Shown: positions 13,564-22,708 of the stretch, in pieces
How positions within the stretch are numbered: the stretch's first letter is position 1
How the letters are laid out: every line of letters starts with the position of its first letter
Source: an uncultured Pseudomonadota bacterium
GTDB lineage: Bacteria > Pseudomonadota > Alphaproteobacteria > JACZXZ01
Assembly (NCBI GenBank): GCA_963749075.1
Contig: CAVVLJ010000004.1
Coordinates: forward strand, 448,001 to 512,000
DNA: 64,000 nt
Direction of reading: 5' to 3'
Notes under the pieces: generated by a model
What the model was told of the DNA's origin: nothing
Seen by the model: the letters and a program-made list of their open reading frames with translations, nothing else
The model's database searches: none
Translations under genes and position numbers: made by a program

Positions 13564-14661
13564 TTGGCAATCGAACGCCGTAGCCGTCAAAACCCAGCCA
13601 TTCGTGAGTTCATTCTAAGGAATGTCGCGGGCTATCCAGGCAGCATAGTGGCTAGGACCGCCAAGGAATTTTCTATATCTCGAACGGCAGTCAATAATTA
13701 CATGCGAAATTTTATAAATAACGGATTGATAACGGCACAAGGAAAGACACTTGCGCGACGGTATAGACTTAAGTCGCTTGTCGACATTACTGACATAGTT
13801 AAAATAACACCAGGTATCTTCGAGAACGATGTTTGGAGAGAAAAAATATTACCTCACATTAAGGGAGTTAATTCTAGCATAGTAGATATATGTCAATATG
13901 GCTTTACAGAAATGTTCAATAACGTCATTGACCACTCTCAAAGCCCCGACGCAATGATTACCTATACGCAGACGTATGCCGATATACGCATATTTGTAGT
14001 GGATAACGGGGTCGGAATTTTTGAAAAAATACAGAAATACTTTAATCTCACCGATCCCCGTAGCGCACTTCTTGAATTGGCCAAGGGAAAACTCACTTCG
14101 GATAAGGCTAGGCATACCGGGGAGGGTATATTCTTTACGTCTAGAATGTTTGACATGTTTATAATTGACTCTGGACACTTATCTTATCAAAGAACGCGTC
14201 GTGATGACGATGACTGGCTTATAGAGACGCACGATATAATAAAATATGTCAAAGGAACTGTAGTAAGCATGACGATTTCAACAAATGCGTCTTGGACGGC
14301 AAAAAATGTGTTCGATAAATATTCTGATTTTATTGAGGACGATGGGGTGTCTGCGTTTACCAAGACGCACGTGCCAATCCTGCTCGGCAGATATCCTGGC
14401 GAACAGCTCGTGTCTCGTTCACAGGCAAAAAGAATCTTGTCTAGGTTTGATCGATTTTCGGAGGTGATGCTTGATTTCAGAGGGGTGCAACAAATCGGCC
14501 AGCCATTTGCTGACGAAATTTTTAGGGTCTTTGCGAATGAGCACCCACAGGTCAAGGTCGTCGCGATAAATACGAGTTCAGACGTTCAGCGGATGATTGA
14601 ATATGCGCGAGCGAACAACAGGCCGGCTAATACCGCTGGAATCTCTGATAGCCGCGATTAG
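13564..14661 (+). CDS. wHTH + HATPase_c + STAS-like (DUF4325-type) protein, transposon passenger
   Basis: HTH AKEFSISRTAVNNYM, N-box EMFNNVIDHS, DNGVGIF, HTGEGIFF, GTVV, C-terminal SRSQAKR...LDFRGVQQIGQPFADEIF. Strongly AT-rich, TTG start with GGAGA RBS. Confidence 0.85.
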   Translation: MAIERRSRQNPAIREFILRNVAGYPGSIVARTAKEFSISRTAVNNYMRNFINNGLITAQGKTLARRYRLKSLVDITDIVKITPGIFENDVWREKILPHIKGVNSSIVDICQYGFTEMFNNVIDHSQSPDAMITYTQTYADIRIFVVDNGVGIFEKIQKYFNLTDPRSALLELAKGKLTSDKARHTGEGIFFTSRMFDMFIIDSGHLSYQRTRRDDDDWLIETHDIIKYVKGTVVSMTISTNASWTAKNVFDKYSDFIEDDGVSAFTKTHVPILLGRYPGEQLVSRSQAKRILSRFDRFSEVMLDFRGVQQIGQPFADEIFRVFANEHPQVKVVAINTSSDVQRMIEYARANNRPANTAGISDSRD

Positions 14662-14831
14662 GTGTCTCGGCGATGAAGTGCCTTTCGGTGCTTGGTCGCG
14701 CCTGCGGATCGGCGTGAAAGTTCGTCCCTTTTCTCGTCTCTCTTATCCTCCACTTGCCCAGTTGCGATATCGACAATCAGCTTGCCGAGCTGTAGAGGGT
14801 CGCGGGGACGCGGGAGTCGCTTGGTGACCAT
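14658..14831 (-). CDS. Small basic protein MVTKRLPRPRDPLQLGKLIVDIATGQVEDK... (57 aa, possibly truncated), likely IS accessory
   Basis: Open frame verified by hand and below the ORF-track cutoff. I recall the RPRDxxQLxKxIVDIATG motif from small proteins next to this transposase type (not searched). Confidence 0.6.
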   Translation of the reverse strand: MVTKRLPRPRDPLQLGKLIVDIATGQVEDKRDEKRDELSRRSAGATKHRKALHRRDT

Positions 14832-14895
14832 GCTCGAAGTATGGCATGGCTGAGGTCGCTAGGCGATAGGGTCCAAAACTCAAACTGACCCACTA

Positions 14896-16801
14896 GTGCG
14901 CCAGGAAGCTGGCGTGATCCAGCCGGTGAAAGTCCGGCCCAGGTAAGGGGTAGCGCCCGCCTGGTAGCGAGTGTTGCGCTGTGGAAGGCAACGACCACGG
15001 CGAAGCGTACACAGCGATTGTGCGGGGTGGGCTATTGAGCCGCGTAAGCAGTAATGTCGGAGGGGCCGAGGCTTTTAGTGTAGCCGAAGGCAACATGTGC
15101 GGCGCCGCTATGCGAGGCGCCGTCGCCCTACCGAGGTCGAAGACCCCATCACGCACAAAGGGAGCCCGCCGGAACCTGGGAGATCCCACGTCCGGCCAGC
15201 GGCGACAAGCCGCCCTGGTCCGCATCGGGAAGGCGAGGAGCCGTAGCCGATGACGCACGGGCGCGGGAAGTCAGACTCCGCCATAGTAGCTGGGAAGCCG
15301 ACGAACAAGGCCGGGCAATCGGTTGCGGAGCCGGTGGAGCGAAGGGCGGAGGCCAAGGGGAATGCGGGCCAGCACAGCACGCGCCGGGCACAGGACCGGG
15401 AAAGCGTGTCCCATGCGCTGGATCGCATACGACAAGCGGCAAGGCAAAGGAAGAAGGAACGGTTCACCTCGCTCTTCCACCATATCACCATCAGCCTGCT
15501 CCGGCTGGCGTTCTTCGCGCTCAAGCGAGACGCCATGCCCGGCGTAGACGGGTTGACATGGCAGGACTACGAGGCAGACCTCGAGTGCAAGCTCGAGGAC
15601 CTGCACGCACGGGTCCGCCGGGGAGCGTATCGGGCACTGCCGTCCCGGCGACGGTACATACCGAAACCGGACGGCCGGCAGCGCCCGCTCGCCGTTGCCG
15701 CCCTCGAGGACAAGATCGTCCAACGGGCGACCATCGCGGTGCTGAACGCGATCTACGAGGAGGACTTCCTCGGGTTCTCGTATGGCTTCCGGCCACGGCG
15801 CGGCCAGCACGATGCGCTGGACGCACTGGCGGTCGGGCTCACCAGCAAGAAGGTGAACTACGTTCTCGATGCGGACATCCGGTCCTTTTTCGACGCGGTC
15901 GATCAAACATGGCTCGTCCGCTTCTTGGAGAACCGGATCAGTGACCCGCGTATCATCCGCCTGATCCAGAAATGGCTCAAGGCGGGCATCCTGGAAGACG
16001 GGGTCGTGACGGTGAGTGAGAGGGGGACGGGACAGGGCTCGGTGGCATCACCGCTCCTTGCCAACGTCTACCTGCACTACGTCTTCGACCTCTGGGCCGA
16101 GCGCTGGCGACGGCGCGAGGCACAGGGCGATATGATCATCGTGCGCTATGCGGACGACATCGTTGTCGGCTTCGAGCGTGAGGCCGACGCCCGACGCTTC
16201 TGGGAGGCGATGCGGGAGCGGTTGCAGGAGTTCTCGCTGACGCTGCATCCGGAAAAGACCCGCCTGATCGAGTTTGGCCGCCATGCCGCGGCCGAGCGCA
16301 AGCAGCGCGGGCTCGGTAAACCGGAAACCTTCAACTTCCTAGGCTTCACCTTCCTCTGCGGTAAATCGCGCCGCGGGAACTTCCTCCTCAAGCGGAAGAC
16401 CCGGCGTGACCGCATGGTGGCCAAGCTCAAGGAGGTAAAGGGCGAACTGCGGCGGCGGATGCATCAGCCCATCCCGGTGCAAGGGACGTGGCTGCGGCAG
16501 GTCGTCACCGGCTTCTTTGGCTATCACGCAGTGCCGACAAACTTCCCGGCACTTGCGGCCTTCCGGCGCCATGTCACCGGCCTCTGGCGGCGCACGCTCC
16601 GGCGGCGCAGCCAGAAGGACGGCTCGACCTGGGGACGGATCGAGAAGCTGGCCAACGACTTTCTCCCAAAACCCCGCATCCTTCACCCCTGGCCGAGCAA
16701 GCGCTTCGCCGTCAAACACCCGAGGTGGGAGCCGTATGCGGGAAATCCGCCCGTACGGATCTGTGCGGGGGGCGCCCAGTAATGGGCGTCCCTACCGCGA
16801 T
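14896..16801 (+). mobile_element. Intact group II intron (probably bacterial class E-like)
   Basis: 5' GTGCG at 14896. Domain V GAGCCGTATGCGGGAAATCCGCCCGTACGGATC (AGC triad 16730-16732). Domain VI ends CCTACCGCGAT. Removing the intron restores the IS TIR. Confidence 0.92.
15250..16782 (+). CDS. ltrA: Group II intron reverse transcriptase/maturase, no endonuclease domain
   Basis: PGVDG, YIPKPDGRQRPL, SYGFRP, DADIRSFFD, GTGQGSVASPLLANVYLH, RYADD, FNFLGF. The ORF runs into domain V. Confidence 0.95.
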   Translation: MTHGRGKSDSAIVAGKPTNKAGQSVAEPVERRAEAKGNAGQHSTRRAQDRESVSHALDRIRQAARQRKKERFTSLFHHITISLLRLAFFALKRDAMPGVDGLTWQDYEADLECKLEDLHARVRRGAYRALPSRRRYIPKPDGRQRPLAVAALEDKIVQRATIAVLNAIYEEDFLGFSYGFRPRRGQHDALDALAVGLTSKKVNYVLDADIRSFFDAVDQTWLVRFLENRISDPRIIRLIQKWLKAGILEDGVVTVSERGTGQGSVASPLLANVYLHYVFDLWAERWRRREAQGDMIIVRYADDIVVGFEREADARRFWEAMRERLQEFSLTLHPEKTRLIEFGRHAAAERKQRGLGKPETFNFLGFTFLCGKSRRGNFLLKRKTRRDRMVAKLKEVKGELRRRMHQPIPVQGTWLRQVVTGFFGYHAVPTNFPALAAFRRHVTGLWRRTLRRRSQKDGSTWGRIEKLANDFLPKPRILHPWPSKRFAVKHPRWEPYAGNPPVRICAGGAQ

Positions 16802-16893
16802 CCGTCCCTCCCTGCCGCTTGAACTGGCGGGCACTCCGGGCGCACACTATTTGATCGTAGCGAGCCTCGGTCTCGTTCGTGCGCGGGTCAGCG

Positions 16894-17604
16894 ATGGGCA
16901 AGGACGGCGGCAAGCTTCCTGGCGAGGCGGTGGGACCGGCGGCGGTGGCCGAGTTCCTCGCAAGGGTGGCGCGCGCGCCGGCGCCGCAGCCCGCCGGCGG
17001 GCGCGGCCGGCTCATCTTCGCCATGGACGCGACCGCCAGCCGCGAGCCCACCTGGGACCGCGCCGCGCGCATCCAGGGCGACATGTTCAAGGCGACCGAG
17101 GGCCTGGGCGGGCTCGACGTGCAGCTCGTCTTCTACCGCGGCTTCGGCGAGTGCAAGACGAGCCCCTGGGTCTCCAACACGGACGACCTGGTGCGCCGCA
17201 TGACCGCCGTCTTCTGCCTCGCCGGCCAGACCCAGATCGCCAAGGTGCTGCGTCACGCCCTCGCCGAGACCAAGCGGCAAAAGGTGAATGCGCTGGTCTT
17301 CGTGGGCGACTGCATGGAGGAGAGCATCGACGGCCTCGCCCAACTCGCGGGCGAGCTCGGGCTTTTGGGCGTCCCCTGCTTCATGTTCCACGAGGGCGGC
17401 GATCCGATCGCCGCGCGCGCCTTCAAGGAAATCGCGCGGCTCTCCCACGGCGCCTACTGTGCCTTCGACGCGGCGAGCGCCCAGCAGTTGCGCGAGCTCC
17501 TGAGCGCCGTCGCCGTCTATGCCGCGGGCGGCCACAAGGCGCTCGCCCATTACGGCAAGGCCACGGGCGGGCTGGCGCTCCAGCTCACCCACCAGGTGCG
17601 CTAG
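16894..17604 (+). CDS. vWA domain protein
   Basis: LIFAMDATASR MIDAS motif, VFYRG, GQTQI, VFVGDCMEE, FMFHEG. Confidence 0.88.
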   Translation: MGKDGGKLPGEAVGPAAVAEFLARVARAPAPQPAGGRGRLIFAMDATASREPTWDRAARIQGDMFKATEGLGGLDVQLVFYRGFGECKTSPWVSNTDDLVRRMTAVFCLAGQTQIAKVLRHALAETKRQKVNALVFVGDCMEESIDGLAQLAGELGLLGVPCFMFHEGGDPIAARAFKEIARLSHGAYCAFDAASAQQLRELLSAVAVYAAGGHKALAHYGKATGGLALQLTHQVR

Positions 17605-17608
17605 CGCC

Positions 17609-18346
17609 GTGGTCGCCTATTTTCTCCTCGGCACGGCGCTCCTCCTGAGCCTCCTCCTCCTCGCGCGCTGGCTCGCCGCGGCGGATACCGGCTCGCTCGT
17701 CAAGGGCATGCGCTACGGCGGCGGTGCTGCCGCTGCAGGCCTGGCGCTCTACCTCGTCGTCTCCGGACGCTGGCCCATGGCGATCGCCGCCCTCAGCACG
17801 GTGCTGCCGCTCGTCATGCGCTGGCGCTTCGCCTCGGACCGCATCAAGGCGGCACGGGGGCCGCGCCCCGGGCAGCGCTCCGAGGTCGAGACGGCGTTCC
17901 TCAGCATGACCCTCGATCACGATACCGGCGAGATGTCGGGCGCCGTTCTCGCAGGATCCCAGGCCGGCCGCCCCCTCGCGGACATGAGCCTGGCCGAGCT
18001 CGCGAGCCTGCTCGAGGAATGCGCCGCCCACGACGGCCAATCTGTCTCGCTCCTCGAGAGCTATCTCGTGCGCCGCTTCGGCGCCGATTGGCGCGACGCG
18101 GCCGGCGGCGGCGGCGCCAAGGCCGCTCCGGGCGGCGCTGCCGGCGGGGAGGGCCGGCGCCGCTCCTCCAACGAGATGACGCGCGGCGAGGCGCTCGAGA
18201 TCCTCGGCCTCAAGGAGGGGGCGGCGCCCGAGGACATCAAGGACGCCTATCGCCGCCTCATGCTCAAGCTGCACCCCGACGCCGGCGGCTCGGGCTACTT
18301 GGCTGCCAAGCTCAACCAGGCCAAGGACGTGCTCCTCGGGGGCTGA
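17609..18346 (+). CDS. Membrane-anchored DnaJ-domain protein
   Basis: N-terminal hydrophobic helices, MTLDHDTGEMSG, C-terminal J domain EALEILGL...KLHPDAGGSGYLAAKLNQAKD. Confidence 0.88.
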   Translation: MVAYFLLGTALLLSLLLLARWLAAADTGSLVKGMRYGGGAAAAGLALYLVVSGRWPMAIAALSTVLPLVMRWRFASDRIKAARGPRPGQRSEVETAFLSMTLDHDTGEMSGAVLAGSQAGRPLADMSLAELASLLEECAAHDGQSVSLLESYLVRRFGADWRDAAGGGGAKAAPGGAAGGEGRRRSSNEMTRGEALEILGLKEGAAPEDIKDAYRRLMLKLHPDAGGSGYLAAKLNQAKDVLLGG

Positions 18347-18475
18347 GGTCCCTTGCGCCTGGAGGCGGCGGCGTGCCGGTTGCTATCCCGTCCTCCCTAT
18401 GGCACAAAGCAGCGCGCCCGCGCCCGCTGCCACGCGAAGAAGGAGAGAGGAGCGCCTCTCAGCCGAGCCGAGCCC

Positions 18476-19378
18476 ATGAGCCAGCGCATACGCAAAGCCA
18501 TCTTCCCCGTCGGCGGCCTCGGCACGCGCTTCCTGCCCGCGACCAAGGCGATGCCCAAGGAGATGCTGCCGGTCGTCGACAAACCCTTGATCCAATATGC
18601 GGTCGAGGAGGCGCAGGCGGCCGGCATCGAGGACTTCATCTTCGTGACCGGTCGCGGCAAGACGGCGATCGAGGACCATTTCGACCATTCCTACGAGCTG
18701 CAGAGCGTGCTCGCCGAGCGCGGCAAGCTGGCCGAGATCGAGGCGCTGCGCCGCTGGCTGCCGCGGCCGGGCCGCGTCGCCTATACGCGCCAGCAGGAAC
18801 CGCTCGGCCTCGGCCACGCGGTGTGGTGCGCGCGCAGCCTCGTCGGCGACGAGCCCTTCGCCGTGCTGCTCGCCGACGACCTGGTGCTGGCCGAGGTCCC
18901 CTGCCTCAAGCAGATGATCGACGCCCACGCCGAGGTCGGCGGCAATATGGTGGCCGTCATGGAGGTGCCGCGCGCGCACACCAACCGCTACGGCGTGCTC
19001 GATATCGCGGCCGACCACGGCCGTCTCGTCGAGGCAAAGGGCCTCGTCGAGAAGCCGTCCCCCGAGCGCGCCCCCTCCACCCTCTCGATCATCGGGCGCT
19101 ATATCCTGGGACCCGAGGTGATGGAGCAGCTCGAGCGCGGGGAGCACGGCGCCGGCGGCGAGATCCAGCTCACCGACGCGCTCGCCCGCACGATCGGCGA
19201 GCATCCCTTCCACGGCCTGCGCTTCGAGGGCACGCGCTTCGACTGCGGCGACAAGATCGGCTTCTTCGAGGCCAACATCGCCTTCGCCATCCAGCGCGAG
19301 GATCTCGGGCCCGCCGTGCGCGAGGTGCTCCAGCGCTACGCGGCGCCCGCGAGCCCGCGGGTCAAGGCCGCGCTCTGA
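18476..19378 (+). CDS. galU: UTP-glucose-1-phosphate uridylyltransferase
   Basis: KAIFPVGGLGTRFLPATKAMPKEMLP, QQEPLGLGHAV, VEKP, GEIQLTD. Confidence 0.96.
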   Translation: MSQRIRKAIFPVGGLGTRFLPATKAMPKEMLPVVDKPLIQYAVEEAQAAGIEDFIFVTGRGKTAIEDHFDHSYELQSVLAERGKLAEIEALRRWLPRPGRVAYTRQQEPLGLGHAVWCARSLVGDEPFAVLLADDLVLAEVPCLKQMIDAHAEVGGNMVAVMEVPRAHTNRYGVLDIAADHGRLVEAKGLVEKPSPERAPSTLSIIGRYILGPEVMEQLERGEHGAGGEIQLTDALARTIGEHPFHGLRFEGTRFDCGDKIGFFEANIAFAIQREDLGPAVREVLQRYAAPASPRVKAAL

Positions 19379-19416
19379 GCGGGACGAACTAGCCGCAACC
19401 GGGAGAGGGCATCCTC

Positions 19417-20790
19417 ATGCGCATCGCCATGGTCGGCACCGGCTATGTCGGGCTGGTCTCCGGCGCCTGCTTCTCCGAGTTCGGCGTGGAGACGGTGTGC
19501 GTCGACAAGGATGCGGACAAGATCGCGCGGCTTAAGCGCGGCGAGATGCCGATCTACGAGCCCGGGCTCGCGGCGCTCGTCGAGAGCAACGCCAAGACGG
19601 GCCGTCTCGCCTTCACGAGCGATCTCGCCGCCGCGGTCGGCGAGGCCGACGCCGTCTTCATCGCGGTCGGCACGCCGAGCCGGCGCGGCGACGGCCATGC
19701 CGACCTGAGCTTCGTCTACGAGGCCGCGCGCGAGATTGCAGCGGCACTCCGCGGCTACACGGCGGTGATCACCAAGTCGACGGTGCCCGTCGGCACGGGC
19801 CGCGCGGTCGAGCGCATCATCCGCGAGCTCAGGCCGTCCGCCGACTTCGACATGGTGTCGAACCCGGAGTTCCTGCGCGAGGGCTCGGCGATCAACGATT
19901 TCATGCGGCCGGACCGCGTCGTGATCGGCGCCGAGAGCGAGCGGGCGCGCGAGCTCGTGCGGCGGCTCTACCGCCCGCTCTACCTCATCGAGACGCCGAT
20001 CCTCTTCACCGGGCTCGAGACCGCGGAGCTCATCAAGTACGCGGCGAACAGCTTCCTCGCGATGAAGGTCAGCTTCATCAACGAGATCGCCGACCTCTGC
20101 GAGCGCCTGGGCACGGACGTACAGGACGTGGCGCGCGGCATCGGGCTCGACGGCCGCATCGGGCGCAAGTTCCTCCACGCCGGCCCGGGCTACGGCGGCT
20201 CCTGCTTCCCCAAGGACACGGAGGCGCTCGCGCGCATCGCCGAGGAGGCAGGTGCTCCGGTCCGCCTCGTCGAGACGGTCGCCCGCGTCAATGCCGCGCG
20301 CAAGGCGCGCATGGCGGAGAAGGTCATCGCGGCGGTGGGCGGCTCGCTCGCGGGCAAGGTGGTCGCCGTGCTCGGCCTCACCTTCAAGCCCAACACGGAC
20401 GACATGCGCGAATCGCCGAGCCTCGAGATCGTGCCGGCGCTCTTGCGCGCGGGTGCCGCGGTGCGCGCCTTCGATCCCGAGGGCATGGCGGAGGCGAGGA
20501 AGCTCCTCGACGGCGTCGTCTGGTGCGAGAGCGCCTATCAGGCCATGGAAGGTGCCGATGCGCTCGCCATCCTGACCGAGTGGAACGAGTTCCGCGCCCT
20601 CGACCTGCAGCGTGCCAAGTCGCTGCTCAAGGCACCGGTCGTCATCGATTACCGCAACATCTACCGCCCCGAGGAGATGGCGGCGGCCGGTTTCCGCTAC
20701 GTCTCCGTGGGCCGGCCCGCGGCTGACGGCAGTGCCGCGCGCGCGGCTTCCGCCCGGCTCAAGGCCGCGGCGCAGGGCTCCAAGGCATGA
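19417..20790 (+). CDS. ugd: UDP-glucose 6-dehydrogenase
   Basis: [45 protein letters not shown]. Confidence 0.95.
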   Translation: MRIAMVGTGYVGLVSGACFSEFGVETVCVDKDADKIARLKRGEMPIYEPGLAALVESNAKTGRLAFTSDLAAAVGEADAVFIAVGTPSRRGDGHADLSFVYEAAREIAAALRGYTAVITKSTVPVGTGRAVERIIRELRPSADFDMVSNPEFLREGSAINDFMRPDRVVIGAESERARELVRRLYRPLYLIETPILFTGLETAELIKYAANSFLAMKVSFINEIADLCERLGTDVQDVARGIGLDGRIGRKFLHAGPGYGGSCFPKDTEALARIAEEAGAPVRLVETVARVNAARKARMAEKVIAAVGGSLAGKVVAVLGLTFKPNTDDMRESPSLEIVPALLRAGAAVRAFDPEGMAEARKLLDGVVWCESAYQAMEGADALAILTEWNEFRALDLQRAKSLLKAPVVIDYRNIYRPEEMAAAGFRYVSVGRPAADGSAARAASARLKAAAQGSKA

Positions 20791-22166
20791 CGGGTCACGT
20801 CTTCGACCCCAGCATCCTGCGCGAGTACGACATCCGCGGCATCGTTGGCCAGTCGCTCGCCGCCGCGGATGCCGAGGCGCTCGGCCGCGCCTTCGGCACG
20901 CTCCTCGTGCGCGAGGGCGGCGCCAAGGCGGCGCTCGGCTACGACGGCAGGCTGAGCTCGCCCGCGCTCGCCGCAGCGCTCGGCGCCGGACTCGCGGCGA
21001 GCGGCCTCGAGGTCGTGCGCGTGGGTCTGGGGCCGACGCCGATGCTCTATTTCGCCAACCGGCATCTTGCCTGCGACGGCGCCGTGATGGTGACGGGCTC
21101 CCACAATCCGCCCGACTACAACGGCTTCAAGATGGTGCTCAAGGGGCGCGCGATCTACGGCCAAGACATCCGCCGCTTGGGCGAGATCGCCGCGGCGGGG
21201 GATTTCGTCGACGGCCGCGGCCGCATGACGGACGCGGCGGTGCTCGAGGACTATGTGGCGCGGCTTCTGGCGGACGCGGCGCTTGCCCGCCCGCTCAAGG
21301 TCGCCTGGGACGCGGGCAATGGTGCCGCGGGCGAGGCGATGGCGCTCCTGACCAGGCGCCTGCCGGGCCAGCACATCCTCCTCAACGAGAGGATCGACGG
21401 CCGCTTCCCGGCGCACCATCCGGACCCCACCGTCGAGGCCAATCTCGAGGAGCTGCGCTCAGCCGTCCTCGACCACGGCTGCGACGTGGGCATCGCCTTC
21501 GACGGCGACGGCGACCGCATCGGCGTGCTCGACGGCAAGGGCCGCATCCTCTGGGGCGACCAGTTCCTCGTCTTCCTCGCCAAGGAGGTGCTGGCGGCGC
21601 ATCCGGGTGCCACTATCATCGCCGACGTGAAGGCCAGCCAGGTGCTGTTCGACGAGATCGCGCGCATGGGAGGCAAGCCGCTCATGTATCGCACCGGCCA
21701 TTCGCTCATCAAGGCGAAGATGGCCGAGACGGGAGCGCCCCTCGCCGGCGAGATGAGCGGCCACATCTTCTTCGCCGACCGCTACTACGGCTACGACGAC
21801 GCGCTCTATGCCGCGGTGCGCCTGCTCTCGGTGGTATCCCGCGAGAGCGCCAGCCTGGCCGAGCTGCGCGACCGCCTGCCGCGCGTCGTCAATACGCCCG
21901 AGCTGCGCATCCCCTCGAGCGAGGCGCGCAAGTTCAGGGTGATCGAGGAGGTGAAGGGCCGCCTCGAGGCAGCAGGGGCGGACGTGATCGGGATCGACGG
22001 CGTGCGCGTGAGGAACGGCGACGGCTGGTGGCTGCTGCGCGCCTCCAATACCCAGGACGTGCTCGTCGCCCGCTGCGAATCGGCGAGCGAGGCGGGCTTG
22101 GCCAGGCTCAAGTCGGCGTTGCGCCGAGAGCTCGCGGCGAGCCGGGTCGCGGTGCCCGAGCTCTGA
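20787..22166 (+). CDS. Phosphomannomutase/phosphoglucomutase (AlgC/ExoC type)
   Basis: [34 protein letters not shown]. Confidence 0.95.
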   Translation: MTGHVFDPSILREYDIRGIVGQSLAAADAEALGRAFGTLLVREGGAKAALGYDGRLSSPALAAALGAGLAASGLEVVRVGLGPTPMLYFANRHLACDGAVMVTGSHNPPDYNGFKMVLKGRAIYGQDIRRLGEIAAAGDFVDGRGRMTDAAVLEDYVARLLADAALARPLKVAWDAGNGAAGEAMALLTRRLPGQHILLNERIDGRFPAHHPDPTVEANLEELRSAVLDHGCDVGIAFDGDGDRIGVLDGKGRILWGDQFLVFLAKEVLAAHPGATIIADVKASQVLFDEIARMGGKPLMYRTGHSLIKAKMAETGAPLAGEMSGHIFFADRYYGYDDALYAAVRLLSVVSRESASLAELRDRLPRVVNTPELRIPSSEARKFRVIEEVKGRLEAAGADVIGIDGVRVRNGDGWWLLRASNTQDVLVARCESASEAGLARLKSALRRELAASRVAVPEL

Positions 22167-22182
22167 GCGGCGCCGGGAAGCC

Positions 22183-22695
22183 ATGCGCGCCCATATCGAG
22201 CGGCCTCTTCCCGCGCGCCGCGCCATGGCTTTCTTCTTCTACGGCACCCTCATGGACGCGGAGATGCGCCGTCTCGTGCTGGGGAGTGCTGCGGCGGCGC
22301 TGCCCGCGCGGCTCATGGGATATCGCCGCATGGCCGAGCTGCGCTCGCCGGTGCCGGTGCTGGCGCGCCGGCCGGGTGCTGCCGCCGACGGCGTCCTCGT
22401 GCGCGGCATCGACCGGCGTCGGGCCGCCCGGCTCCGCCACTACGAGGGGTGCCAATACCGCCTCGCCTGCTGCATGGTGGAGCTCTCCGGCGGCGAGCGC
22501 TGCCGCGCGTTCGTCTTTCTCGCCCGCGCGCCTGCGGCGTTCCGCCACATGCCCTGGCGGCTCGACGCCTGGCAGCGGCGCTGGCGGCACCGCGCTCTCA
22601 AGCTCGCGGCCCTCTGGCTCGCGTCCTACCGTGCGGCTGGCTACGAGACGCGCGGACGGCTGCGCTGGGTCAAGCGCTGGGCCGCGCGGGATTAG
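22183..22695 (+). CDS. Gamma-glutamylcyclotransferase (AIG2-like) family protein
   Basis: FFFYGTLMD motif, YEG. Start may be 22225. Confidence 0.75.
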   Translation: MRAHIERPLPARRAMAFFFYGTLMDAEMRRLVLGSAAAALPARLMGYRRMAELRSPVPVLARRPGAAADGVLVRGIDRRRAARLRHYEGCQYRLACCMVELSGGERCRAFVFLARAPAAFRHMPWRLDAWQRRWRHRALKLAALWLASYRAAGYETRGRLRWVKRWAARD

Positions 22696-22708
22696 CGCCG
22701 CGGCTCCG

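Larger units (their letters stand above)
12915..16803. mobile_element. IS1-related non-autonomous cargo transposon, right TIR interrupted by a group II intron
   Basis: Left TIR GGTAGTGGGTCATTTTGA (12915-12932). Right TIR TCAAACTGACCCACTA|CC (14880-14895 + 16802-16803), 17/18 match. Flanks GTCCCTCG (12907-12914) and GTCCCTCC (16804-16811). Confidence 0.85.

Noticed and set aside
15250-16782. RT as a retron, DGR or defence RT
   Set aside because: It is enclosed by canonical group II intron ends and domain V/VI, with YADD and a maturase region. No template/variable repeat pair was seen.
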